This document shows, in pieces, positions 14,041 through 23,655 of a DNA stretch of 24,000 bases. A program made the translations under genes and the position numbers. The DNA is taken from positions 1 through 24,000 of the forward strand of contig JAHJQK010000195.1 in NCBI GenBank assembly GCA_018819135.1. Reading direction: 5' to 3'. The notes below the pieces were generated by a model that searched no databases, was not told the DNA's origin, and worked only from the letters and a program-made list of their open reading frames with translations. Every line of letters begins with the position of its first letter. Within the stretch, counting starts at the first letter, position 1. The DNA comes from Pseudomonadota bacterium. GTDB taxonomy: Bacteria > Desulfobacterota > SM23-61.

Positions 14041-15873
14041 ATGATGGCTAAGGGAGGTTTTTTTGGAAAAATCCTTAGAGTGAATTTGTCCGAGAAAAAG
14101 GTGACTACTTCGGCTTTGCCGGATGAATTCATAAAAGATTACCTCGGTGGACGGGGGGTTGGGGCTCGGATTCTGTATGAGGAGAACCCGCCTCGGGTTG
14201 ACCCCTATTCGCCGGAGAACCGTTTCATCTTATTTACTTCTCCTATTATGGGAACGAGCGCCCCCTGTTGTGTAAAATATTCGCTAATAACCAAGTCTCC
14301 CCTTTCGGGTACTATTCTAATGAGTCTGGCAGGTGGCTTTTATGGGCCGGTTTTTAAAAGAAGCGGGTATGACGGCATCGTCATTTCCGGGAAAGCGCCA
14401 GAGCCGGTTTATCTTAAAATCGTAGATCAGCAAGTGGAGATGTTGGACGCCCGGGGTCTGTGGGGAAAAGACACCGTTGAAACGCAAGAGATTCTCCAAT
14501 CGAAATTGGGCCGGGAAGCCAGAGTAGCCTGTATCGGCCCTGCAGGAGAAAACCTGGTTCGGTATGCCAGTATTTTCTCTGAGAGTCATGCCCTGGGGCG
14601 GGGTGGCGGCGGGGCGGTTATGGGGTCAAAAAACTTGAAGGCCATTATCGTCCAGGGAACCCAAAAGGTACCTCTGGCCGATGAGGGGGCCTTCGAAGGA
14701 TACATCAAAAACACAATTTTGCCAAAATTCAGGGCTTCGGAGAAGGCCAAAAAATTTGGAGCGTATGGAACCCCCGGCGTTCTGGCCGTTGTAAATACTC
14801 AAGGGATCCTGCCTACCAGGAATTACCAGCAAGGAACTTTTGAGGGAGCCGCGGCCATTGATGGGGAAGCAGTGAAACAAGCTGCCATCAGACACGCATC
14901 TTGTTTTCGGTGTCCAGTTGCCTGCAGGTCTTATACCCGGGTGGAGACGGGAGAATATGCTGGTAGCGAAACCGAAGGTCCAGAGTATGAAACTCTGTTT
15001 AGCCTGGGAAGCAATCTGGGAAATTCCAGTCTACCTTCTATCATCGCGGCCAATAAACTTTGTACGCGATATGGCTTGGATACCATTTCCACCGGGAATG
15101 TAATAGGGTTTGTTATGGAATGTTTTGAAAGGGGCATTCTTTCCCTTAAAGAGACTGGGGGCATGGAATTGAGATTCGGGAATCATCAGGTTTTGGGACC
15201 TATGATTCAGAAGATCGCCTTCCGCGAAGGCTGGGGAGATATCCTGGCTGAAGGGGTAAAGCGCGCCGCGGCCAAATGGGGCCGGGGAGCTCAGGATTAT
15301 GCTATAGAAGTAAAAGGGTTGGAGATGTCTGGTTATGACCCCAGGGGAGCCATGGGGATGGCCATCGAATATGCCACGGCTCCCCGTGGAGGCTGTCATC
15401 AACGGGGCCTCATCGTTCAGGAGACCTTGGGCGTACCACCATTGGTCGATCGGTTTAGCCAGGAAGGCAAAGGAGCGCTGGTCAAGAGTAAACAGGATGA
15501 AGTGGCGGTCCAGGATGCCCTCGGTTTTTGTGTCTTTGTCAGCCGGGGGGATCCCATGGGGCTCGAAGAGTTTGCCGAGATGTTTTCCCGCGCCACGGGG
15601 ATTCCGGCGACCGTGGCCGATCTACTCAAAGCCGGAGAGCGGATTTTTAATATCGAGCGCTGGTATAATCTAAAGGAAGGTTTTACGGGAAAGGATGATT
15701 ATCTGCCCAAGCGTTTCCTGGAACAGCCCCTGACCGATGGGCCTTCTAAGGGGCGGGTGGTAGACCTGGAAAAGCTGCTGGGTGATTACTACCAGCAGAG
15801 AGGGTGGAACAGAGAGGGAGAAATCAAACCAGAAAAATTGGAGGAGCTGGGATTAAAAGATTTGGCCAAGTGA
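14041..15873 (+). CDS. aor: Tungsten-containing aldehyde:ferredoxin oxidoreductase (AOR family)
   Basis: FGKILRVNLSEKK...YLGGRGVGARILYEE N-terminus, CFRCPVAC plus GFCVF cluster cysteines, the GLDTISTG pterin motif, and 610 aa. Confidence 0.95.
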   Translation: MMAKGGFFGKILRVNLSEKKVTTSALPDEFIKDYLGGRGVGARILYEENPPRVDPYSPENRFILFTSPIMGTSAPCCVKYSLITKSPLSGTILMSLAGGFYGPVFKRSGYDGIVISGKAPEPVYLKIVDQQVEMLDARGLWGKDTVETQEILQSKLGREARVACIGPAGENLVRYASIFSESHALGRGGGGAVMGSKNLKAIIVQGTQKVPLADEGAFEGYIKNTILPKFRASEKAKKFGAYGTPGVLAVVNTQGILPTRNYQQGTFEGAAAIDGEAVKQAAIRHASCFRCPVACRSYTRVETGEYAGSETEGPEYETLFSLGSNLGNSSLPSIIAANKLCTRYGLDTISTGNVIGFVMECFERGILSLKETGGMELRFGNHQVLGPMIQKIAFREGWGDILAEGVKRAAAKWGRGAQDYAIEVKGLEMSGYDPRGAMGMAIEYATAPRGGCHQRGLIVQETLGVPPLVDRFSQEGKGALVKSKQDEVAVQDALGFCVFVSRGDPMGLEEFAEMFSRATGIPATVADLLKAGERIFNIERWYNLKEGFTGKDDYLPKRFLEQPLTDGPSKGRVVDLEKLLGDYYQQRGWNREGEIKPEKLEELGLKDLAK

Positions 15874-15894
15874 CCGTTATGCCCCTTGCACCTT

Positions 15895-16545
15895 TTATTT
15901 CTTCTGATTATTCCAGATCTGGATAATTTCTTGGGAGGTGGTGACGATGCCAAAATACTTATCCAGGGTCCTGAGGGTAAAGCGGTGTTCCTCCTCGTCC
16001 ACTCCGCCACAGCAGTCTTCGGCGACGATGACATAGTAGTCATGCATCAAAGCTCCCCGGGCCGTGCAGGCCACGCAGAGAGTGGTATCCACCCCGACCA
16101 CGATCACGGATTTTTTCTGCCTGGTTCGTAGAATGAGATCCAGGTCGGTGTTTACAAAGGCTCCATAGCGGTGCTTGCTGACCACATAGTCCTCTTTGGC
16201 CGGAGCTACTCCGTACCAGTCTGCACCCCAGGTATCCGGCAGGCAATAAGGATGGGATGGTTTCCCTTCATCCACCCAGCCTGTTTTTTTAACCCGATTC
16301 CGTTGAACCCAGGCGTCCGAGTTGGTCCACTGGCTATGGAGCATCTGGGTGAAAAGAACAGGCACCTTAAATCGATGGGCGCTCTCGATGATCTTTTCCA
16401 TCGGAGTTACAACCTTTTGAATCAAGGATAGATTCAGGCCCATTTTGCCGAAAGCGCCGTCTTCATGACAGAAGTCATTTTGCATATCCACAATCACTAA
16501 GGCCGTGTGTCCATAATGAATTCTTTCTTCCAGGGTTTTTAACAT
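15895..16545 (-). CDS. Isochorismatase-family cysteine hydrolase
   Basis: TALVIVDMQNDF and VIVVGVDTTLCVACTARGA (Asp and Cys of the catalytic triad), with an AGGAGG RBS. Confidence 0.9.
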   Translation of the reverse strand: MLKTLEERIHYGHTALVIVDMQNDFCHEDGAFGKMGLNLSLIQKVVTPMEKIIESAHRFKVPVLFTQMLHSQWTNSDAWVQRNRVKKTGWVDEGKPSHPYCLPDTWGADWYGVAPAKEDYVVSKHRYGAFVNTDLDLILRTRQKKSVIVVGVDTTLCVACTARGALMHDYYVIVAEDCCGGVDEEEHRFTLRTLDKYFGIVTTSQEIIQIWNNQKK

Positions 16546-16572
16546 GTCTGCTCCTCCTTGATTCCTGCCCTA

Positions 16573-16599
16573 CCCTTGCTCTCGCCGGGGGAGCAAGGG
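16573..16599. other. Perfect 9-bp stem hairpin, 28 nt upstream of the isochorismatase-family start
   Basis: cccttgctc tcgccgggg gagcaaggg. Confidence 0.4.
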
Positions 16600-16734
16600 C
16601 AAGTGGGAAGAGAAATTTTAAAGCAGATGGCGCGGCCGGTCTCAGGCGGCAGAAAAAATCACCGGGACTCTCAAAAACTATTACAAATCCGCGGAGAAGG
16701 CAAGTTTAAAGATGAAGATGATAGAAAAAAAGAC

Positions 16735-16761
16735 TTGACAAAATAATTTACATTATATAAA
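16735..16761 (+). promoter_or_regulatory. Possible promoter for the Liv-type ABC operon
   Basis: TTGACA at 16735-16740 and TATAAA at 16756-16761, but the spacer is only 15 nt. It lies 240 nt upstream of the SBP start. Confidence 0.3.
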
Positions 16762-17000
16762 GAGTTACTTAGATGAATTCCCGCCTTGTCCCCGGGGGAT
16801 AAAAATAGTTTGACGTTTCCGGGAATAGAAGAAAGTCCTCCGACTTTGAACCGCTCAAAGCTTACAGAAGCAGAAAAAATTTCACTGGTCCACATTTTTG
16901 GGCCAGAGGTTATTTTGTTTCCACCGTAGGTACGCAGTAAGAGGAAGATAAGCTTTAAGAGGGGTATATGACTATTATATGAATGAAAGGAGGAGCTGAA

Positions 17001-18290
17001 ATGCGTAAGATCAACTTTTTTACGGGCTTATTATTAAGCATTCTTGCCGCTGGGGTGTGGCTTGGGACAGCAGTTCTCCCCGTGGCTGCTGCCCCCTCCG
17101 GGGCACCAGCCGAGTTGAAGGTGGCCTTCGTCGATTTCCTCTCGGGACCGGCCGCCATCTTCGGCACTTCCGGAAGATACGCCACGGAATGGCTGGTGGA
17201 CAAGTGGAACAAAGAGGGTGGCATCCAAGGCGTCCCTGTCAAATTGGTGATCTTGGACGAGAATGGGGGCCCGGCAAAGATGGTGACCGAGTTTAGGCGC
17301 CTGGTGATGGAAGAGAAGGTGAACGCCGTCCTCGGGTACACCTCCAGTGCCAACTCCCTGGCCATCGCCCCCGTGGCCGAGGAATTGAAAACCCTCACCT
17401 TGATCCACGTGGCCGGGACCAACCGCCTGACCGAGGATCATAAACTGCACTATACCTTCAGGACCTCGAACCACCAGGCGGCAGACAGCGTGCTGCTCGC
17501 CAGGTACGTGTTGAAACTCAAGCCAAACCTCAAGAGCATCGCCGGGGTCAATGAGGACTACGCCTGGGGCCGAGACTCGTGGGACGCCTTCACGGGCGCG
17601 ATTAAGACGCTGAAACCTGGCGTCCAGGTCAAGGCGGAGCTCTGGACCAAGTTCCAGGCCGGGGAGTATTCGGCCGAGATCTCCAAGTTGCTGGCGGCCA
17701 GGGCCGATGTAGTCCATTCCAGCTTCTGGGCCGGCGGCCTGGTGACATTCATCAAACAAGCGAATGCCCGCGGCCTAATGAAGCAGAACTCGGTGGCTTT
17801 AAGTACCGGTGCGCAGGTCCTCCAGTTCGTCGGCAAGGACATGCCGGACGGCATAATCGTATGCCCCCGGGCCACGGGAGCGTATTTCCTCGATCCTGAC
17901 CCGGCAAAGGACCCCATGCAGAAGGAGTTCGTGGATGGGTATCGTCCCAAGGTCGGGCGCTACCCCGATTACGTCTCTTACCGTGCCTATCAGGCAGCTG
18001 CAGGCATGAAAGTCGCGTACGAGAAAGCTATTGCCCAGGCGGGCCGCTGGCCCACGACCGAAGAGGTCATCAAAGCTTTGGAAGGGTTAACCTGGAAAGC
18101 TCCGGGTGGGGACATTCATATGCGAGCCGAGGACCACCAGGCGATCCACGATGGGCTGGTGGGGATTACCAAGATGTCCAAAAAGCATGGCTTTGCTTTG
18201 ATGGAAAAACGCGATCGGTTTGCGGGCGAGCAGATCATGCCGCCGGCCGGAATGAAGACGCCCGACTGGGTGAAGACCCTTAAAAAGTAA
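17001..18290 (+). CDS. ABC transporter periplasmic substrate-binding protein (LivK / branched-chain amino acid-type family)
   Basis: ATG at 17001 with AAAGGAGG at 16986-16993; the tracked start at 16983 contains that RBS. Signal peptide MRKINFFTGLLLSILAAGVWLGTAVLPVAAA. LKVAFVDFLSGPAAIFG...GIQGVPVKLVILDENG is typical of the family. Confidence 0.9.
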   Translation: MRKINFFTGLLLSILAAGVWLGTAVLPVAAAPSGAPAELKVAFVDFLSGPAAIFGTSGRYATEWLVDKWNKEGGIQGVPVKLVILDENGGPAKMVTEFRRLVMEEKVNAVLGYTSSANSLAIAPVAEELKTLTLIHVAGTNRLTEDHKLHYTFRTSNHQAADSVLLARYVLKLKPNLKSIAGVNEDYAWGRDSWDAFTGAIKTLKPGVQVKAELWTKFQAGEYSAEISKLLAARADVVHSSFWAGGLVTFIKQANARGLMKQNSVALSTGAQVLQFVGKDMPDGIIVCPRATGAYFLDPDPAKDPMQKEFVDGYRPKVGRYPDYVSYRAYQAAAGMKVAYEKAIAQAGRWPTTEEVIKALEGLTWKAPGGDIHMRAEDHQAIHDGLVGITKMSKKHGFALMEKRDRFAGEQIMPPAGMKTPDWVKTLKK

Positions 18291-18405
18291 CCCCCATCCT
18301 GTCTGCCGGCGAGGGCGCGAGGGAGAGGAAGGTGTCCCCCAAGCGCTCTCTCCTAGAGCGGTAAACTGCAACTGAACCTGAGATGAGGAAGGAGCTCGTG
18401 CGAGC

Positions 18406-19308
18406 ATGGATATTGGTCTGCTTACCATCATCATCTTCGACGGCCTGAACTACGCGGCCACTTTGTTTTTGATCTCCGTTGGCCTTACCCTCGTGTACGG
18501 GGTACTGCGTATCCTGAACATCTCCCATGGCGCCATCTACGGGCTTGGCGCATACATGGCCACCTGGCTCACCATCCTGTTCCTGGACAAGGGGCTTCCG
18601 GTCTATCTGAGCTACTTCATGCTCCTTATGGGTGCGGTTATCATCGGGCTCATTACTGGACCGACCATCGAACGGCTCTGCCTGCGGCGAATCTACGGAA
18701 GCGACATGCATATCCAACTGCTTCTGACCTTCTCCATCCTCCTGATCCTGGACGACGCGATGAAGCTGATCTGGGGGGTGGAGCCGATGTTCATGAGCGG
18801 GCCCTACACTCTTTTGGGACAGTTCTCGGTAGGTGGGATCATTTACCCCAGGTACACCTTTCTCCTCATAGGCGTCTCGGCGTCGTTTGGCGTCTTCTTA
18901 GTCTGGCTTGTCCGGGGCACCCGGTACGGAAAGCTCGTGATTTCGGTGATCCAGGACCGCGAGATCAGCGTGGCCATGGGGATCAACGTCGGCCTCATCT
19001 ATACCGCGGCGTTCACCATGGGCGCCCTGAGCGCGGCCATCGGCGGGGCGTTTATCGCGCCGACGATCTCGGTGGCCCCCGGCTTCGCCGCCGAGGTGGT
19101 GGTGATGGCCTTCGCGGTCGTCGCTATCGGGGGCATGGGCAACCTGGAGGGTGCGGCCCTGGGTTCGCTCATCGTGGGTCTCGCCCGGGCCCTGGCCATC
19201 CATCTGGTCGCGGAGCTGGAGCTGGCGGTGATCTACCTGATCATGGTCCTCGTCCTGGCGTTTCGACCCCAGGGGCTTTTCGGAGCGGTGGAAGAGAGGA
19301 GGATCTAA
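18406..19308 (+). CDS. livH: Branched-chain amino acid-type ABC permease (LivH-like)
   Basis: Polytopic membrane protein with N-terminal GLNYAATLFLISVGLTLVYGVLRILNISHGAIYGLGAY. It is operonic with the neighbouring genes. Confidence 0.9.
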   Translation: MDIGLLTIIIFDGLNYAATLFLISVGLTLVYGVLRILNISHGAIYGLGAYMATWLTILFLDKGLPVYLSYFMLLMGAVIIGLITGPTIERLCLRRIYGSDMHIQLLLTFSILLILDDAMKLIWGVEPMFMSGPYTLLGQFSVGGIIYPRYTFLLIGVSASFGVFLVWLVRGTRYGKLVISVIQDREISVAMGINVGLIYTAAFTMGALSAAIGGAFIAPTISVAPGFAAEVVVMAFAVVAIGGMGNLEGAALGSLIVGLARALAIHLVAELELAVIYLIMVLVLAFRPQGLFGAVEERRI

Positions 19309-19309
19309 G

Positions 19310-20269
19310 ATGAGACCGAATCTGCGTGTCCTCTCGATTGTCTCCGCCTTACTGATCCTGGTGCCCCTGGTGGTGCCGAGCTGGGTCGTTTTCATCCTGA
19401 CCAAGGCCCTCTTCATATTCATAGCCGTACTCGGCGTGGCCCTGTTTCTGCGGGGGGGACAGATAACCTTCGGCCATGCCCTCTTCTTCGCCACGGGCAC
19501 CTATACCGTCGGGTTCAGCGTCAAGTGGTTTGAGTTGCGAGAGACGCTGGTGCTGGTGCCCATGGGGGCTCTCACGGGATTGATCATGGCCGCCCTCGTC
19601 GGACTCATTATGGCCAGATACAGGGGCGTATTCTTCGCCATGCTCAACCTTGCCTTTTCCATGATCCTGTACGCCATCCTGCTCAAGCTCTACTGGGTGA
19701 CCGGAGGGACCGACGGGATTTCGGTCGGAACGGCCACCTTCCTGGGACTTCCGCTCCCTGCGGGCACCTACCCGTTTTACTACTTTACCCTGGTCATTGC
19801 CGGACTCATCACCTACGTCGTGTACCGCTTCCTGGCCTCCCCGCTCGGCTATTTCCTCAGGGCCATCGCGGACAACGAGATCCGCATCGAGTACTCGGGA
19901 GAATCCGTCCGACGGGTTATCTACCTGACCTACATCCTCGCCGGCGGGCTCGGCGGGGTTTCGGGCGTCCTGGCGGCCTTCACGGTCGGCCATGTCGTCC
20001 CTGAGGACGCCTTCTGGATCCAGTCCGCGCAGTTCGTCTTCATCGCCCTGCTCGGAGGCTTCGAGGGCATACTCGGCTCTTTGATGGGCGCCGTAGCCTT
20101 TGAGTTCATCCAGACCTATTCATCAAAGTACTTCCCCTATGCCTGGCAATTGACGCTGGGCGGCATCATGTTGCTGGTTATCCTGTTCCGACCCGGTGGG
20201 CTGTGGGCGATCTACGAGTCTTTGGTGAGCCGGTTTAGCTCGAAAGCGGAAGGGAGCACCCATGGTTGA
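19310..20269 (+). CDS. livM: Branched-chain amino acid-type ABC permease (LivM-like)
   Basis: Polytopic membrane protein with GQITFGHALFFATGTYT and RAIADNEIRIEYSG motifs. It starts 2 nt after the livH-like stop. Confidence 0.9.
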   Translation: MRPNLRVLSIVSALLILVPLVVPSWVVFILTKALFIFIAVLGVALFLRGGQITFGHALFFATGTYTVGFSVKWFELRETLVLVPMGALTGLIMAALVGLIMARYRGVFFAMLNLAFSMILYAILLKLYWVTGGTDGISVGTATFLGLPLPAGTYPFYYFTLVIAGLITYVVYRFLASPLGYFLRAIADNEIRIEYSGESVRRVIYLTYILAGGLGGVSGVLAAFTVGHVVPEDAFWIQSAQFVFIALLGGFEGILGSLMGAVAFEFIQTYSSKYFPYAWQLTLGGIMLLVILFRPGGLWAIYESLVSRFSSKAEGSTHG

Positions 20270-21017
20270 GACGCCCCTGATTTTGCAAACCGTAGACCTG
20301 ACCAAACATTTTGGGATGATCAAGGCCGCCGAGAGAATCAGCGTCGAGGTAAACCAAGGCCAACTGGTCGGTATCGTGGGGGCCAACGGCTCGGGTAAGA
20401 CCACGTTCCTCAACCTTATCACCGGCTACCTAAAGCCCGAGCGGGGCCGCATTCTGTTCATGGGGCGAGATACGACGGGCCTGCCTCCCCGCGTGATTAC
20501 CAGGCTTGGCGTAGCCCGCTCATTTCAGGTTCCTCAGCTCTACACCCACATGAATGTTCTGGAGTGCGTGCTGCTATCCCTGGCCGCCGAGTCAGGAAAC
20601 GGGGGCAGTTTCTGGCAACCCCTCTTTGAAGAGTCCCGACGAGCCGAAGCGCTGGAGACTCTAGGGCGCTTCGGCCTTAGCGCCTATGCCCATCGTCCTA
20701 CAAGCGAGCTGCCCGAGGGAGGCAGAAAGCTCCTGGATATCGCCCTCTCCTTTGCCCTGAAACCCAAGCTCCTGTTGATGGATGAGCCGACCAGCGGGGT
20801 CAGCATCGAGGATAAATTCGAGGTGATGGATACCCTGGTGAAAGTCCTACAGGAAAGCAATGTCACCACCATATTCGTGGAGCACGATATGGAGGTAGTC
20901 CAGCGCTACGGGTGGCGTGTTCTGGTGTTTGACGAAGGCCAGGTGATCGCCGACGGCAAGCCCGATAACGTCCTGGCCGATCCCGAGGTCAGAAAGACCG
21001 TACTAGGTAGGGTGTAA
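20262..21017 (+). CDS. livG: ABC transporter ATP-binding protein (LivG-like)
   Basis: Walker A GANGSGKTT and Walker B LLLMDEPTSG. The signature region LPEGGRK is a variant. It overlaps the upstream gene by 8 nt. Confidence 0.9.
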   Translation: MVETPLILQTVDLTKHFGMIKAAERISVEVNQGQLVGIVGANGSGKTTFLNLITGYLKPERGRILFMGRDTTGLPPRVITRLGVARSFQVPQLYTHMNVLECVLLSLAAESGNGGSFWQPLFEESRRAEALETLGRFGLSAYAHRPTSELPEGGRKLLDIALSFALKPKLLLMDEPTSGVSIEDKFEVMDTLVKVLQESNVTTIFVEHDMEVVQRYGWRVLVFDEGQVIADGKPDNVLADPEVRKTVLGRV

Positions 21018-21018
21018 T

Positions 21019-21684
21019 ATGCTGCGGGTTAACGATGTTCGAGTCACCATCAAAGGGTTCATCATCCTGAGGGGGGTCAGCTTAAACATCCCCTCCGGCG
21101 GCCTCATCGGCCTCGTGGGCCGAAACGGGGCGGGTAAAACCACCACGCTCAAGAGTATCATGGGGCTCGTACCCGTCTCAGCCGGTGCCATTTCCTTCGA
21201 TGGCCGGGACCTGGCCAAAGTCCCGGGGTACCGGCGGGCCCATCTGGGCTTCGGGTACATGCCCGAGGACCGCCGCCTGATCGGTGCGCTGACGGTACAG
21301 GACAATATCCTGACGCCAGCCTGGGCCAGCAACCTGGAAGGTGCCAATGAGCGACTGGACTACATTTACCAGCTGATGCCCGGCACCCAGACATTGGCGA
21401 ACCGCAAAGCCACCCAGCTGAGCGGCGGGCAGCAGAAGATGGTCGCTCTGGCCCGGGCGCTCATGAGCGGCACCAAGCTTCTGCTCCTGGACGAGCCCTT
21501 CGAGGGGTTGGCTCCGCTCATCGGCGGGAAGCTCGGGAAGACGATTCAGGATATCCAGCGCGGAGGGCTATCGGTGTTGATCGCCGAATCTGACGATAAG
21601 CGGATCAGCTTCGTGGAAGAAATCTACACCATTGAGCGGGGTGAAGTCGTCCAGACCGGTGATTCGAAAGCCAGAGAACCCTAA
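21019..21684 (+). CDS. livF: ABC transporter ATP-binding protein (LivF-like)
   Basis: Walker A GRNGAGKTT, signature LSGGQQKM and Walker B LLLLDEPFEG. Confidence 0.9.
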   Translation: MLRVNDVRVTIKGFIILRGVSLNIPSGGLIGLVGRNGAGKTTTLKSIMGLVPVSAGAISFDGRDLAKVPGYRRAHLGFGYMPEDRRLIGALTVQDNILTPAWASNLEGANERLDYIYQLMPGTQTLANRKATQLSGGQQKMVALARALMSGTKLLLLDEPFEGLAPLIGGKLGKTIQDIQRGGLSVLIAESDDKRISFVEEIYTIERGEVVQTGDSKAREP

Positions 21685-21814
21685 TGGCATTTTAGTCCTT
21701 CCCAGTCCATCTTGACTCCGGAGCTTTTCCTTTCTAAGGCTGCCAGGCCTGCCGTTCAGACGATCCCGTGGAGTCAGCAGCTCTTCCTCGGCCACAGCAA
21801 ACTAAAATTGAAAG

Positions 21815-22190
21815 TAGGGGCGGAAGCGAAGATCGATCCCAGAACCTACGGGCCTTCCCTCATTTTTGATGGAGTGGTTGAGAATATCAGCGACGGAGCT
21901 TACACCTGCGAAGGGCCTATGAACAAGGGCGTCCGTTTCTCCCTGGGGCCGACGGCTGTTTTGCGGCAGGGTGGAGTGCGGGTGGTGGTGGCTACTCATA
22001 ACCACCAGGTGTACGATTTGCAGGTCTTCCGTACCCAGAACATCGAGCCCCGGGAGTGCTCCGTTCTTGCGGTCAAATCCTGGCACCATTTCCGGGCCGC
22101 CTTCGAACCCATTTCCAGCGGGGTGCTTCTGGCGGACAGCGGTGGCTTAGCTTCCATGGACCTCAACCGAATTAGTCAAGAAATATCCGG
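21815..22190 (+). pseudogene. Second MlrC C-terminal-domain fragment, truncated at both ends (inside tracked ORF 21712-22230)
   Basis: KIDPRTYGPSLIFDGVVENISDGAYTCEGPMNKGVRFSLGPTAV...LAVKSWHHFRAAFEPIS parallels 13309-13660. A 39-nt block at 22075-22113 matches 13562-13600 with one mismatch. Similarity is lost at both ends of the ORF. Confidence 0.55.
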
Positions 22191-22376
22191 ATCGTTTTCC
22201 CGGCTTCATTGCCTCCCTACCCATGAATGATCCGGAAGGACTTCTGGCTGAGGCCGAAAGGGCAATCAAGGACCTGGGGGCTAGCAATAAGGCTCCCCGT
22301 GGTAAAATGCTTCGCTTGGAAATGTATAGAATAACCTAAGGGGCTACAAGTTGTTAAAATTTCGAAGGAGTATACC

Positions 22377-23579
22377 TTGGACGAAAAAACCGGGATAATA
22401 AAGAAGATTGATTACCGGGGTCTGATCCTTCTGGGTATGGGCCACATGATGACGGATTTGAATACCAGCGCCCTGCTTGCGTTACTCCCTTTCCTAAAAG
22501 ACGCTTTAGGACTTTCTTATGCCATGGCTGGAACGATCATTTTGTTTTCCAACCTGACCTCTTCGGTTATCCAGCCGCTTTTCGGCTATATCACCGACCG
22601 AAAATTCTTCCTCTGGTTCCTGCCGCTGGGTGTTTTTTTGGCAGCTCTGGGGATCGCCCTCTTGGGCTGGGCTTCCAGTTACGAACGAATTGTATTCTTG
22701 GTAATTCTTAGTGGGGTGGGAGTGGCCATCTACCATCCCGAAGGCTGGCGCATTGCCAATTTTTTTGCCGGGGAGAAGAAAGCCACCGGCATGTCCATCT
22801 TCGGGGTGGGAGGGAACTTGGGTTTTGCCTTCGGTCCGCTGATGGCCATTGTCTTTGTGAAAGCTCTGGGGCTTAAGGGAAGTGCCTTTTTTTTAATTCC
22901 AGGCATGGCCATGGCCGGGGTGTTTCTCTTCAGTCGTTTCTGGCGCGTGAGCAGACCCTCCGTTCGTCCTTCGCCTGCCTTGACCCCGACGGATGTCGCT
23001 ACGAGGTCGGCCCTCTACCCGATGTCTCTGCTGCTGGGGATGGTCATGCTGTGTTCCTGGGCGCGCATCGGGTTGATGACCTTCATCCCTTTTTATTACA
23101 TCAACTATATGAAGGGAGACCCGATGCAGGCCGGGAATCTCCTCTTTGCTTTTCTAATGGCCGGAACGTTCGGTACGCTCGCCGGAGGGCCGCTGGCGGA
23201 TCGTTTTGGTCATAAAAAAATTGTCCTTTTCAGCCTGGGCCTTACCACTCCCTTTTTAGTCCTTTTCCTCTTAAGCTCCGGCTTCTGGTCGTTTATCTTT
23301 TTTATCGTGGCCGGTTTCATCTTAATCTTTTCTTTCACGGTGTCCATGGTCATGGGCCAATTCTTCATGCCCAAAAGCCTGGGGATGGTTTCAGGCTTGA
23401 TAGTCGGCTTGGCCATCGGCACCGGGGGGATTGGAGCGGCTGTATTGGGGCTCTTTGCCGACCGTTGGGGTGTACCCCTGACCCTGTGGGTCATCGCTCT
23501 CATCCCCTGGGCAGCATTCATTCTGGGTGCGCTTATACCTTATCCTTCCCAGCGCGGCAGAGCCGTAACCAAACCATAG
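22377..23579 (+). CDS. MFS transporter (Fsr / fosmidomycin-resistance-like subfamily guess)
   Basis: TTG start 7 nt after GAAGGAG. GHMMTDLNTSALLALLPFLKDALGLSYAMAGTIILFSNLTSSVIQPLFGYITDR is Fsr-like, with about 12 hydrophobic segments. Confidence 0.85.
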   Translation: MDEKTGIIKKIDYRGLILLGMGHMMTDLNTSALLALLPFLKDALGLSYAMAGTIILFSNLTSSVIQPLFGYITDRKFFLWFLPLGVFLAALGIALLGWASSYERIVFLVILSGVGVAIYHPEGWRIANFFAGEKKATGMSIFGVGGNLGFAFGPLMAIVFVKALGLKGSAFFLIPGMAMAGVFLFSRFWRVSRPSVRPSPALTPTDVATRSALYPMSLLLGMVMLCSWARIGLMTFIPFYYINYMKGDPMQAGNLLFAFLMAGTFGTLAGGPLADRFGHKKIVLFSLGLTTPFLVLFLLSSGFWSFIFFIVAGFILIFSFTVSMVMGQFFMPKSLGMVSGLIVGLAIGTGGIGAAVLGLFADRWGVPLTLWVIALIPWAAFILGALIPYPSQRGRAVTKP

Positions 23580-23655
23580 AAACTTACAAAAGGGTCGAGG
23601 ACATAGTTCCGATGGTTCCGTTATTTCGATCCCTGCCCACTCCAGCCTCTTCGCC

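Noticed and set aside
13838-14044. 68-aa plus-strand ORF just upstream of the AOR gene
   Set aside because: It contains the predicted TTGACC-17-TACAAT promoter and an AT-rich leader. It is most likely the 5' UTR.
14317-16431. Multiple 60-123-aa ORFs overlapping the AOR and isochorismatase-family genes on either strand
   Set aside because: They are shadow ORFs inside strongly supported genes.
17034-20422. Long antisense or out-of-frame ORFs (for example 17034-17759, 18898-19500, 19349-19993) across the ABC transporter genes
   Set aside because: These are typical high-GC shadow frames. They are rich in Arg/Gly/Pro/His, lack motifs, and overlap genes with clear transporter signatures.
20684-20760. 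Degenerate ABC signature (LPEGGRK instead of LSGGQ) in the LivG-like ATPase
   Set aside because: LivG-type subunits commonly carry a variant signature (for example LAYGQQ in the E. coli protein as I recall it). The paired LivF-like subunit is canonical, so this is probably normal family variation.
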